Origin: a virus
Lineage: Duplodnaviria; Caudoviricetes
Direction: 5' to 3' (one strand)
IMG/VR virus record: IMGVR_UViG_2061766007_002263
DNA: 64,000 bases
The notes beneath the pieces are model-generated. The model saw only the letters and a list, made by a program, of their open reading frames with translations. It searched no databases and was not told where the DNA came from. Below are positions 25,261-34,461 of the stretch, one piece after another (within the stretch, counting starts at the first letter, position 1; each line of letters starts with the position of its first letter). The translations under genes were made by a program, and so were the position numbers.

Positions 25261-27361
25261 TACGCTTGAAGTTCTCAGCTGCCATTTTCATAGCGTTTTT
25301 TATGTCGATGGTCTCCACTGTTTTCGGCTTATTTACCCTCAATGCCGCATTCAACGCTAAAGTTTCCTGCAGCTTGTTATACCCTTTCTTATTGCGGAGC
25401 TTCTTACCGGTTGCCATTTTGGTATAAGACTCATAGCTCGGATTATTCTCGATAATCTGTGGCACATTGAAATAGTGCTTACGTGTTCCGTTAAACTTGG
25501 ATTCCCAGACGAAATCCGTCATATGCTGTGACTCTATGAATTTCATAAAAATGTCATTCTTGGAATCACGATATCTCTCTTTGATTTCCTTAAGCCTCTT
25601 GAGCCGGGTCTCTTTAAGAAGATTCAAACTGCCGTCATTACGTTTACGGTTTTCCTCAAGCTCCTCGTCTCCTTCGTCACCGGTATCGTCGTCTTCGTCA
25701 TTATGTATAATGTTTTTAGCGAATGACGAGAGCTTAAGCCATTTCTCTATATCCGTCGGGTCAAGGAAAGAGTATTTGGACAACACATCTGTAATTACGT
25801 CTTCCGGAAGAGGCTCGCCTTCCTCTATTCCAAGCACTGTCTGTATAAGTTCGATTATGCCTTGTGAAAGCTCCAGAGAAGATTGCTGCGCGGACCTCTT
25901 TGAGTCCGTTTCCTCTTCCGCCGGGAATCTCATCGAAAGAACAAAAGGCGTATTATAGTCAAACTCGCCCGTTATGGCAAAATGCATACGGATAAGCTCA
26001 CCCAAGCCCTGAAGAAAAGCTGACTGTATGTTGTATATATGCCTTGCAAATACCTTAAGCTGCTCACGCAGCGCAACTCCCGACTCACCCCAAGACTCAT
26101 GGTTAGGGTCTATGTATCCTATAGGTACTCCACACGCCAACGCAACCTGCTTCTGATAATTCTCCAAGTCACCGATATAGTCATAATCTGATTTTGATTC
26201 CTTAACGTCTATGTCAACCAAGCCGTCCGGTATCCAAATCTTGGTATTTACAGTATAAGCCTCCGTACCTTGAGTTGACGGAGTTACACCGAGATTATCA
26301 TACTGCTGGCGTACAGTGTTTACAACGTCGAACGCCGTTCCCGGCAACATACCTTCCGTGTTCTTTACCTTATACATTGTAATAGGAAAAGACATGGCAC
26401 GTGCCAGTCCTTGGAGAGCCTGTGTAGAATGAGCCGCCTTGAAGTGGCTCAATGCATTAAGCAGAGGCGGACGACCATACGGAAAAAACTCGCCGCAGTC
26501 AAGCCTGAAATGCGTTATCGTCCACGGTGGTGCCACCATGCCGCCCTCAAGCTCAAAACCAAAGAGCTTGGTATCAAACATATCAGCCAAATTACTCGCC
26601 GCTTCAAAAGCATCCTGCCCTGAAAGCATATCCACAAGCTCGCCTATCTTTGTGCCACGGCTTCGGTCCGCGCTGTTCCATCCGTCGCGTTCCGCAAGGT
26701 ATTTCGCCATTTGTGCCGGTGAGAACTCAAGCCTCTCCGTAATCTGATTAGGGAACAAAGGTACGATTCTTTCTATCCCATTGGGGCTTGCTTTCTGAGC
26801 CCAGAACGATTCACCGTAAAGCTGCAATTCCAAACATGCCTTATGTATCGTGTTCTGCGTTATTCCCCAGGAGTTCATGAGCTGATATACCCTCTCAATA
26901 AACGTAGCGTTCGGCGACTCCACGGATATAAGACGGTCTTGTACGTCCTGTTGCGTGGCTTCGTCAGCGCATAGCTGGCATGCCTTATAAAGGAAGCAGT
27001 CGTTATAATAGGCATATGTAAGCTCGTTAAGCCTCCGTTGCCTGTCCTGTATGTCACTGTAAGATGTGCTTGTCTCAGTAAGATATGAGTCTAAATATCT
27101 TTCCAAGTCCTTCGAAAACTTCTGGGATTGATACACTGAGCCTATAGCCGCATTACGCACACGATATGCGTCGTTGTTAAGGTCTACACGTACCAGTTTT
27201 ATTCCGTACTTTTTCTCGAAGTCCGTGGCATTCTCGCTGTCAGATTTACCAGTCCGGAAACCAAACAGGCTGTTCAAGCGTTGTATGAATGAAGAGTTTA
27301 ATATAGCGGATTTCGGCTTATCGTTACTATGAAAAGTCATGCCGTTTTTATCTGTAGCCAT
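25214..27361 (-). CDS. portal protein (T4 gp20-like)
   Basis: CADEAT, LYGESF, HFRL...FFPYGRPPL, DLENYQKQVALACGVP; acidic stretch near C-terminus. Confidence 0.8.
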   Translation of the reverse strand: MATDKNGMTFHSNDKPKSAILNSSFIQRLNSLFGFRTGKSDSENATDFEKKYGIKLVRVDLNNDAYRVRNAAIGSVYQSQKFSKDLERYLDSYLTETSTSYSDIQDRQRRLNELTYAYYNDCFLYKACQLCADEATQQDVQDRLISVESPNATFIERVYQLMNSWGITQNTIHKACLELQLYGESFWAQKASPNGIERIVPLFPNQITERLEFSPAQMAKYLAERDGWNSADRSRGTKIGELVDMLSGQDAFEAASNLADMFDTKLFGFELEGGMVAPPWTITHFRLDCGEFFPYGRPPLLNALSHFKAAHSTQALQGLARAMSFPITMYKVKNTEGMLPGTAFDVVNTVRQQYDNLGVTPSTQGTEAYTVNTKIWIPDGLVDIDVKESKSDYDYIGDLENYQKQVALACGVPIGYIDPNHESWGESGVALREQLKVFARHIYNIQSAFLQGLGELIRMHFAITGEFDYNTPFVLSMRFPAEEETDSKRSAQQSSLELSQGIIELIQTVLGIEEGEPLPEDVITDVLSKYSFLDPTDIEKWLKLSSFAKNIIHNDEDDDTGDEGDEELEENRKRNDGSLNLLKETRLKRLKEIKERYRDSKNDIFMKFIESQHMTDFVWESKFNGTRKHYFNVPQIIENNPSYESYTKMATGKKLRNKKGYNKLQETLALNAALRVNKPKTVETIDIKNAMKMAAENFKRNEEDHNVISSYGNND

Positions 27362-27477
27362 TTACTAAAATAATTCTCCCGAAAAAAAAATAATATTTCG
27401 TGCTGAATATTTAGTACGCTGCTACAGAATATAACGGCAAACCTATGAAAAAAATATGAATTTCTTGTGAAAAAAAT

Positions 27478-28584
27478 TTACTCCAAATTATCAAAAACTT
27501 GCTCGTCATAGAATCCTTTTTCTATAGCGTTCAAGAAAAATGAAACGTCTTCCTCAGATACCGGGCGATAATTGTGCGCGTCTATTCCTACGTCCAGTCC
27601 GCCTTTTGTCTTGTCACCGTTCTTACCTTTGATAAGGCATCTGGAGTGTATATGTCCGAACAACGCGAACTCGTCTTTTCCCAGTTTATTCCCGGAAATC
27701 GGTTCATGCCTCAAGGTACATTTATAACCCCCGATGTCAATCTTGCATTCATCGTTGTCGTATACAATCACGTCTTTCTTGCCTTTAAGCTCTTTCATTA
27801 TCTCAGGTATCTTATCACGCTCATAATTGCCTTTCACAAAATGCAGTGTCTTAAAGTTAAGACAATCCAAGTATTTGAAGCTTTCCCCGAAATCACCGAG
27901 TATGTACAACTCGTCTTTCATTCTTACGCGCTTGTTCAAGTTAGAGATAATCTCCAAATCCATTTCACGTACAGTCTTGAACGGACGACGTGATAATGTC
28001 AGAGTCCTCTCCTGGCCGAGATGCAAATCAGACGTGAACCATTTCCTGCCACCAGTATCAAGCTCCTTTACGGCTGCGGCAAGCGTATCTTCCAATGTAT
28101 CATACACAGGAACACCCCTGTTCTCGGCATGAATACGAATATATCTATTGGCGTTCTTTGTATCGTCTTTAGGCATGTAGATGAAAATACTCGGACAATC
28201 CATGTAATCAAACAGCTCACAGTTCGTCGTGAATCCCGGATTCTTTTCTGTTCTCGCCGTACAGAACACAATAGCTGACGCTTTATGCATAGCCTCATAT
28301 TCCCATTCAGTTTGATTTTTCAAAAAATCCGGATTCTCAGAATTATAGCAGTCATTTGTAGGCGTAATTATGGTTCCGGTGAAACACAAGTTCTCAAGTA
28401 TCTTGAACGCCTCAGTCCGCCAATCATTATTGGCATAATCCTCTCTCGGACACGGTCCCGCAAGGAATATCGCATTTTTTATGTCACTCAAATCCGTCCA
28501 CGGTGATGTTTTGCTTGACTGAGGTTTTATAATTCTCATAGTTTCCTTTTTCTTTGCTTCACGATAAATTTCTTCGAAGTTCAT
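27478..28584 (-). CDS. nucleoside 2-deoxyribosyltransferase-like domain fused to calcineurin-like metallophosphoesterase
   Basis: IFLAGP...DWR...QTEWE...ASAIVF; then FTSDLH, LGDF, KGNYE, HEP, FGHIH. Confidence 0.8.
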   Translation of the reverse strand: MNFEEIYREAKKKETMRIIKPQSSKTSPWTDLSDIKNAIFLAGPCPREDYANNDWRTEAFKILENLCFTGTIITPTNDCYNSENPDFLKNQTEWEYEAMHKASAIVFCTARTEKNPGFTTNCELFDYMDCPSIFIYMPKDDTKNANRYIRIHAENRGVPVYDTLEDTLAAAVKELDTGGRKWFTSDLHLGQERTLTLSRRPFKTVREMDLEIISNLNKRVRMKDELYILGDFGESFKYLDCLNFKTLHFVKGNYERDKIPEIMKELKGKKDVIVYDNDECKIDIGGYKCTLRHEPISGNKLGKDEFALFGHIHSRCLIKGKNGDKTKGGLDVGIDAHNYRPVSEEDVSFFLNAIEKGFYDEQVFDNLE

Positions 28585-28755
28585 TGTTTCTCCTTTTCAA
28601 TATATAGTTGCATTAAAATTAAATGAACTAAGCATAACGGTACATTTTTGCGCAAATATTCTTTTTCGTGGGCAAACCCTTGTTAAGATACTTAATATCT
28701 TGAAGTATAGCTCAAAAAATCGGTGTGAACTGTAAAAAATAGGGGATAAAGGAAA

Positions 28756-28962
28756 ATGACTAGAGAAATATATGACATTATGCCAATCGCAGAAATACAT
28801 ACACCAAAAGAACAGTGTAATCAGATAGGCAAAAGAATTGCAAAGAAAGCAATACAAAACTTAATTGACAATTGTGACTATTATTGCATTGATTTGAAAT
28901 GTGCTTTAGATGTCTTTAGGAAAGAACTTTCTAAAATGTATAACAAGTATGACGGAGATTAA
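28756..28962 (+). CDS. hypothetical protein
   Basis: 68 aa, first gene of a co-oriented AT-rich block. Confidence 0.55.
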   Translation: MTREIYDIMPIAEIHTPKEQCNQIGKRIAKKAIQNLIDNCDYYCIDLKCALDVFRKELSKMYNKYDGD

Positions 28963-28989
28963 GGAGATAGGGACAAAGATATAACAGAA

Positions 28990-29289
28990 ATGGCAAAAGA
29001 ACAAAAGAAACAAAAGAGAATAAAAAAACTCTGGAAGAAATTAAATGAAGCAAAATTTAAGCGAGAGCATAAAAAAGTATTTTTTCCACACTTCTTATGG
29101 TGTGCTTTCTGCGTAACTAAGCCAAAGGTTGGATTTGTAAAGTTTGATTTTGACACTTGGAGTGAAGAAAGTTTTGTTCGTAAGGGATTTGCAAAATATG
29201 ATACTGAAACAAAAGACGTATATATCGAAACAGAAAAATATAAATTGATTTGGATTCCTTGTGGATTTAGATTTTTTATGTGGGTTTAA
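28990..29289 (+). CDS. hypothetical protein
   Basis: 99 aa, basic. Confidence 0.6.
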   Translation: MAKEQKKQKRIKKLWKKLNEAKFKREHKKVFFPHFLWCAFCVTKPKVGFVKFDFDTWSEESFVRKGFAKYDTETKDVYIETEKYKLIWIPCGFRFFMWV

Positions 29290-29302
29290 GGAGTAATGGA
29301 AG

Positions 29303-29605
29303 ATGACATTCAAAGATTGGTATAAAACTTTCGTTGATGAAAATGGTCGTTCGCCTACCATTGAAGAAGCGTATAACGCGGGCACAAAAAGTAACGGCGC
29401 AGTTTGGCATGATTTGAGCAAGAATCCGCAAGATTTGCCAAAAGATGATAGGGACGTTTATGTTGCAACGCTTTCACCTTACGAGGAAAAAGAAAACGCT
29501 TTCGAATATGATTTTGATTCCTGGAACGGAGAAGAATGGTTTATAACAGCGGTAAACGACGTTGTGGCTTGGCGCGAAACACCAATGTTTGAGGAGCAGG
29601 AATGA
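29303..29605 (+). CDS. DUF551-like phage protein
   Basis: WHDL...DLP...V.V...W......VVAWRETP pattern. Confidence 0.6.
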   Translation: MTFKDWYKTFVDENGRSPTIEEAYNAGTKSNGAVWHDLSKNPQDLPKDDRDVYVATLSPYEEKENAFEYDFDSWNGEEWFITAVNDVVAWRETPMFEEQE

Positions 29606-29820
29606 TACAAGAAGAACAATTTGTGATTGCGCATATGAATACTCTAGACTTATACAGAGATGATAAGTCTTTAAGATTTACTACGAGAGATGAAGCAAAA
29701 AAATTTCTTAATAAAACCTTAATATCTTGCCTACACTGTTTTTGGTTTATCTGCACGATAAAAGATTACAATCAATCTTGTGCGCGATGGGGAGTGCTTT
29801 ACAAGCAGATTAAAGATTGA
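29602..29820 (+). CDS. hypothetical protein
   Basis: 72 aa, ATGA overlap with upstream gene. Confidence 0.55.
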   Translation: MIQEEQFVIAHMNTLDLYRDDKSLRFTTRDEAKKFLNKTLISCLHCFWFICTIKDYNQSCARWGVLYKQIKD

Positions 29821-29824
29821 GTTT

Positions 29825-30292
29825 ATGACAGAAGAAGAAATACAGAAGATAAAAGAGCATATAGAAATACACGCAAGAAGAGAACCTGGAGCCGTAAAAA
29901 TTACACGAATTTTGTGGAAAGCGGTTGAAGAATTAGAAGCAACAAATGAACTTCAAGAAGAAATTGCGGAGCTGAAAAGCCGTGAGTATTATGTCGGAGA
30001 GATAAACAGAGAAAACATGGAGCTTCATCAGACAATCCATTTAATGGAAAATCGGATTTCAGAACTTGAAGAGAAGATAAATAAAATGAAAAAGTATGCA
30101 AAGCTCCTTCAAGACATTTGTGTTGTATTGGGAAACGATGATTATATGGTCGCGGTTCAACTTGAAGGAGTTGTCAAACACTTATGGGATACAAGCGAAG
30201 AAAAAGAAGGGCTAGAAATGTGTGATGACATTCTTAACAGACTCCTCGAAATTAAAGTGGACGAATGGGCGGAAATCACTAAGTGGGGTTAG
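29825..30292 (+). CDS. coiled-coil hypothetical protein (start revised to MTEEEI)
   Basis: ATG 4 nt after upstream stop. Confidence 0.6.
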   Translation: MTEEEIQKIKEHIEIHARREPGAVKITRILWKAVEELEATNELQEEIAELKSREYYVGEINRENMELHQTIHLMENRISELEEKINKMKKYAKLLQDICVVLGNDDYMVAVQLEGVVKHLWDTSEEKEGLEMCDDILNRLLEIKVDEWAEITKWG

Positions 30293-30327
30293 CAGAATAA
30301 ACCTCGACCTGATTTCCAGAGAATTAG

Positions 30328-30376
30328 GGGGGTGCCAATTCTAAAAGTCTTTAGCTTCTAGGTCGTTGAAGTGCCC
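30328..30376 (+). mobile_element. possible orphan IS200/IS605 end relic
   Basis: TTAG followed by GGGTGCCAA..CTAAAAG-TCTTTAG-CTTCTAG..TTGAAGTGCCC nested imperfect hairpin. Confidence 0.35.
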
Positions 30377-30404
30377 TCTTAAAATTAAATATTAATAAAA
30401 AATT

Positions 30405-30436
30405 AAGCCCCCAAGAACTTTCGTTCTCAGGGGCTT
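30405..30436. terminator. terminator after the capsid gene
   Basis: AAGCCCC..AGAAC-TTTC-GTTCT..GGGGCTT. Confidence 0.7.
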
Positions 30437-30476
30437 TTTCGGATTACTTAAGAATCAGAAGTTTCACAGACTGTGC

Positions 30477-32132
30477 TTATGCACGTGCTGTTGTGTCCTT
30501 AAGGTGCTCAAGTGTAATTATAGAAAGGTAGCGGCGGTTAAGGATTGCCCAATCACCGTATGTTGCCAAACCAGCTTCCTTGTAGAAGTTTTTACGCTGG
30601 ATTACACCAGTAGAGAAGAAGGGTACAAAGGTACCAAATGCAATGCTTATGTCTGCCTCATTTGAAGGGTTCTTCCATACTGTAAGAATCTCGTTTGTAG
30701 GGATTACTTCATCAGGTACCTTGAATGTTGGAATACCATCCAATTCACCGAACTGGTGTGCGCCCTCAGCCGGCATTGCGCCCTTGTTTGTGAACAAGTT
30801 GTTGAGGCGGAGGTATGTACCAGCAGACGGACCGCATACGAGGCGGCTTACACCACCACGCTTGATGTCGTTGTACATAACGTCACCAACTGTAGCTACT
30901 GCGGAAAGGAATGTCTGCGCGTTGTCGCGGTATCCTTCCTTTGTACCATTTGAGCCTGAAACAACATTTGTCGTGTTGTATGCAGCGTCGAATGAAACCT
31001 GATAAGCGGCTGGGTTTGTCTTAGCAGCCATGTAAGCGATACGGATTGCACGATAGTCAAGTTCCTGCTTGATAGCGGCTGCAGCGTATGTTACAAGGTA
31101 TTCCTCAGCGGATACACCGAAAGATGCGTCCAATGTGAGCTCAGAGAGCTGTGACCATGTTACACCGATTGTTGTTGGGCGTGGTCTGAACTCGTAGTCA
31201 GACATGCGGATTTCAACCTCACCAAGATAGTCGCCTACGAAATCCTCTTCTGAATCGAAACGAGCATATGCTTTGGCGAGAACTTCATTATTGTAAATCT
31301 TTGCCCAAGCTGTAGCGTCCGTTCCCTTACTGATAGTGATTTTATATCCTGCGTCTGTTTTTTCAGAGCTAACTTTAACGTCATAATCGCCGGCTACAAA
31401 CCAAGCCTTTGTTCTCTTGTCCTGAACGGCGATAACGTCTTTTTCAGTTGCGCCGTAAACAACGCCGTAACCGTCAATTACTTTCTCACCTTTTGGACCC
31501 CATTTCTTGGTCTCTGGCTTACCGTTATCTGGCTTGAAATCAAAAACAACCTTTTCTGGTGTTGCATTATCACCTTCACCAGCAGCCGCAAAATGCTCTC
31601 CGGCAATTGTAGCGAGCTCCTGGTTGATGCGGTCAGCAGTTGTCTCATAGATAGCGCGGCGAGCCTCAGCGTTGTTGATGTCGTTGAACTCGTCAGCGTC
31701 CTCATAGATACGTTTGTAATCGTCAACACGGTCAGTAAGAGCATTGCCGTTCTGTGTGTTGCTGTAAACAGGCTTAATGTACTTGATGCTGTCACGTGCT
31801 GTTTCCATAGCAAATTCTGTAAAGATTTTGCTGCGTACTACAGCCGGCATTGCAAGACGTACAAGACGGAGCATGTTCTCAGGTGTGAAACCAGAGAAAG
31901 AAGTAGAAACCTGAGTTTCTGTCAAGCGGCTCATGTGTGCTGCCTGGTTGTCAAGGAAGCAAGCGAGGTTGCGCTGTGTTGCTTCATCCAAAGATGTCAT
32001 GCCGTTTCCGATTCCCGGAACATTGGCCCAGAACTTTACGCGCTCGTTAAGCTTGAATGTACGAGCATTTCCTTTTCCCATAACTGAACCAGCCTTAGCA
32101 GCTGACTCGTTCATGCGATTTGATAAAGACAT
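30477..32132 (-). CDS. major capsid protein (T4 gp23-like, HK97 fold)
   Basis: LACFLDNQ, LRLVRLAMP, EFRPRPTTIGVTWSQ, IKQELDYR, IAFGTFVP; strongly biased codons; two tandem late motifs upstream. Confidence 0.85.
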   Translation of the reverse strand: MSLSNRMNESAAKAGSVMGKGNARTFKLNERVKFWANVPGIGNGMTSLDEATQRNLACFLDNQAAHMSRLTETQVSTSFSGFTPENMLRLVRLAMPAVVRSKIFTEFAMETARDSIKYIKPVYSNTQNGNALTDRVDDYKRIYEDADEFNDINNAEARRAIYETTADRINQELATIAGEHFAAAGEGDNATPEKVVFDFKPDNGKPETKKWGPKGEKVIDGYGVVYGATEKDVIAVQDKRTKAWFVAGDYDVKVSSEKTDAGYKITISKGTDATAWAKIYNNEVLAKAYARFDSEEDFVGDYLGEVEIRMSDYEFRPRPTTIGVTWSQLSELTLDASFGVSAEEYLVTYAAAAIKQELDYRAIRIAYMAAKTNPAAYQVSFDAAYNTTNVVSGSNGTKEGYRDNAQTFLSAVATVGDVMYNDIKRGGVSRLVCGPSAGTYLRLNNLFTNKGAMPAEGAHQFGELDGIPTFKVPDEVIPTNEILTVWKNPSNEADISIAFGTFVPFFSTGVIQRKNFYKEAGLATYGDWAILNRRYLSIITLEHLKDTTARA

Positions 32133-32514
32133 GTATTTTATTCCTCTTATGTTTAAGTGTTAGTAAAAAAATATGAATACGAAACGGCGTATGTTTTTTT
32201 CTCTCTGCCATTTCTTATTCCCTACAAAAAATGTAACCTTATCAGTCCGACTTCGAAAGATACCGTTAATTAAAACATGTGTACCCAAGGAAAACTCATT
32301 TTAATTTTTTCCGAATGCCTACGCAGTTAAAGAGCCCAAGGCAATGAAACCAACCATAAAATGTTTATGTATAATTAGTGGAAGTTGAATTCAAACAATT
32401 AAATTTCTATTAAACTTCCGACTAATCTAATACAATATAATTAGTGGAGTCTCGAAAAAAAACTAAATTATTTCAAACAACTAATTTTAAAATTCTTTGG
32501 GAGAAATATAGAAA

Positions 32515-32652
32515 ATGATGATTTTAGCTGTTTTACTTAGTCTGGCAAGCGTAGTATGCATGTTGGTACTGGACGTTTATCCAGTAGGATTCGCGTTGTT
32601 GTTCGCGGCAAGCTCTTTGCTTATATTTCTGAGCCACACCACAGGTCTCTAA
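32515..32652 (+). CDS. 45-aa two-TM membrane microprotein (not in track)
   Basis: MMILAVLLSLASVVCMLVLDVYPVGFALLFAASSLLIFLSHTTGL; GGAG RBS. Confidence 0.55.
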   Translation: MMILAVLLSLASVVCMLVLDVYPVGFALLFAASSLLIFLSHTTGL

Positions 32653-32683
32653 GCTTTTCAGCGTCGTTTTAATATACTTTTAT

Positions 32684-33514
32684 ATGTATTTTAATTATGC
32701 GATAGGAAACCCGCCTTACGAGGGACGTAACTTTCTGTATACAAAGATACTTTATCCGGTCTGGAACAATACGGACTGCGTAGTATGGTTATGTCCGACG
32801 ACGTTCGTAGACGGCGTATACAAAAGAAACGACACATTCAACACCGTAATAAGAACATTCGGAAAGGCATTGGATTCATTTGAAGACGTTGACCCTTCCG
32901 GATTTGATATGCAGGTCGCGCAGAACACCCTTGGCATTTTTTGTTTCAATAAAAGCTGCAAGGAACCGGAAGACATGGACGAGCTTTGCTGGCGGTTCTA
33001 TGAAGAGCCGAAAAAAATAAAAGAAATCTGCAAAAAAATTCTGACGTATTGCAAAGAAAGCAGCCTTAAAAAAACCCGGCTATCTCCGAAAAAAGTCATA
33101 GGCACTGCCCCGCAACCAGACCCTAACTTCAAATGCAACCCGAATAAATGGTATCTCGGATGCTCATGGGTAAGAGGCACTATAGGCGACTGGACTTGGA
33201 TTACGTTGCTGGGCGACAAGGACATTCCGGTTAAAGGCAATGTCAGGGATACTTGGTTTCATGCATGGGAGTTTGAATCAGAACCACTCGTAAACAATTT
33301 TCTCGATTATCTGAATAATTCAGATATCTTGAAGTTTTCTGTACATTTAGAGAAAATAAATCAGACAAACAACCCTGGGTCATTCGCATACTATCCTATG
33401 CCCTGTAAACTGCCTTGGGACGAAAAGACACTACAAGCCGACATAAACCTTACAGACGAGGAAACAATGTTGATAAAAAGTATACTTAAAAAGTACAAAG
33501 ATAAAACAAGATAA
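32684..33514 (+). CDS. amino-DNA methyltransferase C-terminal half (NPPY catalytic motif plus TRD)
   Basis: FNYAIGNPPY at residues 3-12; no SAM-binding FxGxG motif found. Confidence 0.7.
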   Translation: MYFNYAIGNPPYEGRNFLYTKILYPVWNNTDCVVWLCPTTFVDGVYKRNDTFNTVIRTFGKALDSFEDVDPSGFDMQVAQNTLGIFCFNKSCKEPEDMDELCWRFYEEPKKIKEICKKILTYCKESSLKKTRLSPKKVIGTAPQPDPNFKCNPNKWYLGCSWVRGTIGDWTWITLLGDKDIPVKGNVRDTWFHAWEFESEPLVNNFLDYLNNSDILKFSVHLEKINQTNNPGSFAYYPMPCKLPWDEKTLQADINLTDEETMLIKSILKKYKDKTR

Positions 33515-33519
33515 TTAAA

Positions 33520-33547
33520 AACCCTTGGTATCAATCTACCAAGGGTT
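33520..33547. terminator. bidirectional terminator
   Basis: AACCCTTGGTA/TACCAAGGGTT. Confidence 0.75.
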
Positions 33548-33557
33548 CGTTTTTTAT

Positions 33558-33607
33558 AGCAAAATGAGAAAGAAAAATGTTCGGTCTTTAGCCGAATATC
33601 CGTTCAC
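33558..33607 (+). mobile_element. 50-bp IS200/IS605-derived miniature element
   Basis: After TTTAT; TTCGG-TCTTTAG-CCGAA hairpin; ends GTTCAC like the tnpB element. Confidence 0.55.
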
Positions 33608-34362
33608 TAGTCTTTACTGTCGTGATTCCAGAGCAATTCGTTTATGTTCAGAGTATCATTGGCAACATTGGTTTTGATAGGCTTGACGTTCTCTTTAAGC
33701 CAGTCTGTATTCACCCATGCGCCCCTTGTCAAGCAATTAGCCTGAGGATTCTCACCGGAACGAACTTCCAGAATTACATCGTCGTTCTCGTCAAGCATCC
33801 TGATTCTATCACAGTTCTTTCTGGAAACATACTCCAGCTTTCGGGCTTTCTTCGCGAGCTCTTCTATCTCGAACAGATAATAGAAGGTCTCTCCGGTACT
33901 TTTATCCTGGACCTGCATAAAATCCGGCGGTAAAGCGTATTTACTGAAATACTTGTTCATTTTCTTGCCAGTAACTTTGCTTGAATCGTCGTAGATTTCT
34001 TTCAGTTCCGTAAAGTATTTATTGCCTGCCATAGTGGAAGCCTGTGCGAATCCGGGCTGGTATCTTTTTACCTGAAAGTCATAGTCACACTCTATCCCAC
34101 CTAAAGATAAATCCGCCTTGGATTTGTCCTCAGGGTCTTTGATGTCGTGACATGCGTCCTGTAACGCGAATCTTAATACAGACTCAAATCTGTTGCCCGC
34201 GTTTCTTCCGTTTCCTATGATGTTTCCGTTAGCATCCTTTTCGGTAGCCACGGCGTATGTAATGTCAGATACTTTTTGATAATTGATGTCCTCGTCCATA
34301 AGACGGGACTTAATAGAGTTAAATGATGTTGTTTGTCTCAAAAATTGTTTTTTCTCCTTCAA
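33607..34362 (-). CDS. PD-(D/E)XK restriction-endonuclease-like protein
   Basis: GNRFE...KADL...FQVK motif spacing. Confidence 0.55.
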   Translation of the reverse strand: MKEKKQFLRQTTSFNSIKSRLMDEDINYQKVSDITYAVATEKDANGNIIGNGRNAGNRFESVLRFALQDACHDIKDPEDKSKADLSLGGIECDYDFQVKRYQPGFAQASTMAGNKYFTELKEIYDDSSKVTGKKMNKYFSKYALPPDFMQVQDKSTGETFYYLFEIEELAKKARKLEYVSRKNCDRIRMLDENDDVILEVRSGENPQANCLTRGAWVNTDWLKENVKPIKTNVANDTLNINELLWNHDSKD

Positions 34363-34461
34363 TAAATTTTTTAATAATTAAATATTAACCATAATGAGAC
34401 AAAAAAACCGCCCACATGCTTTATACACGTAGGCGGGACTGAAATCAAATCTTAATCTGTT

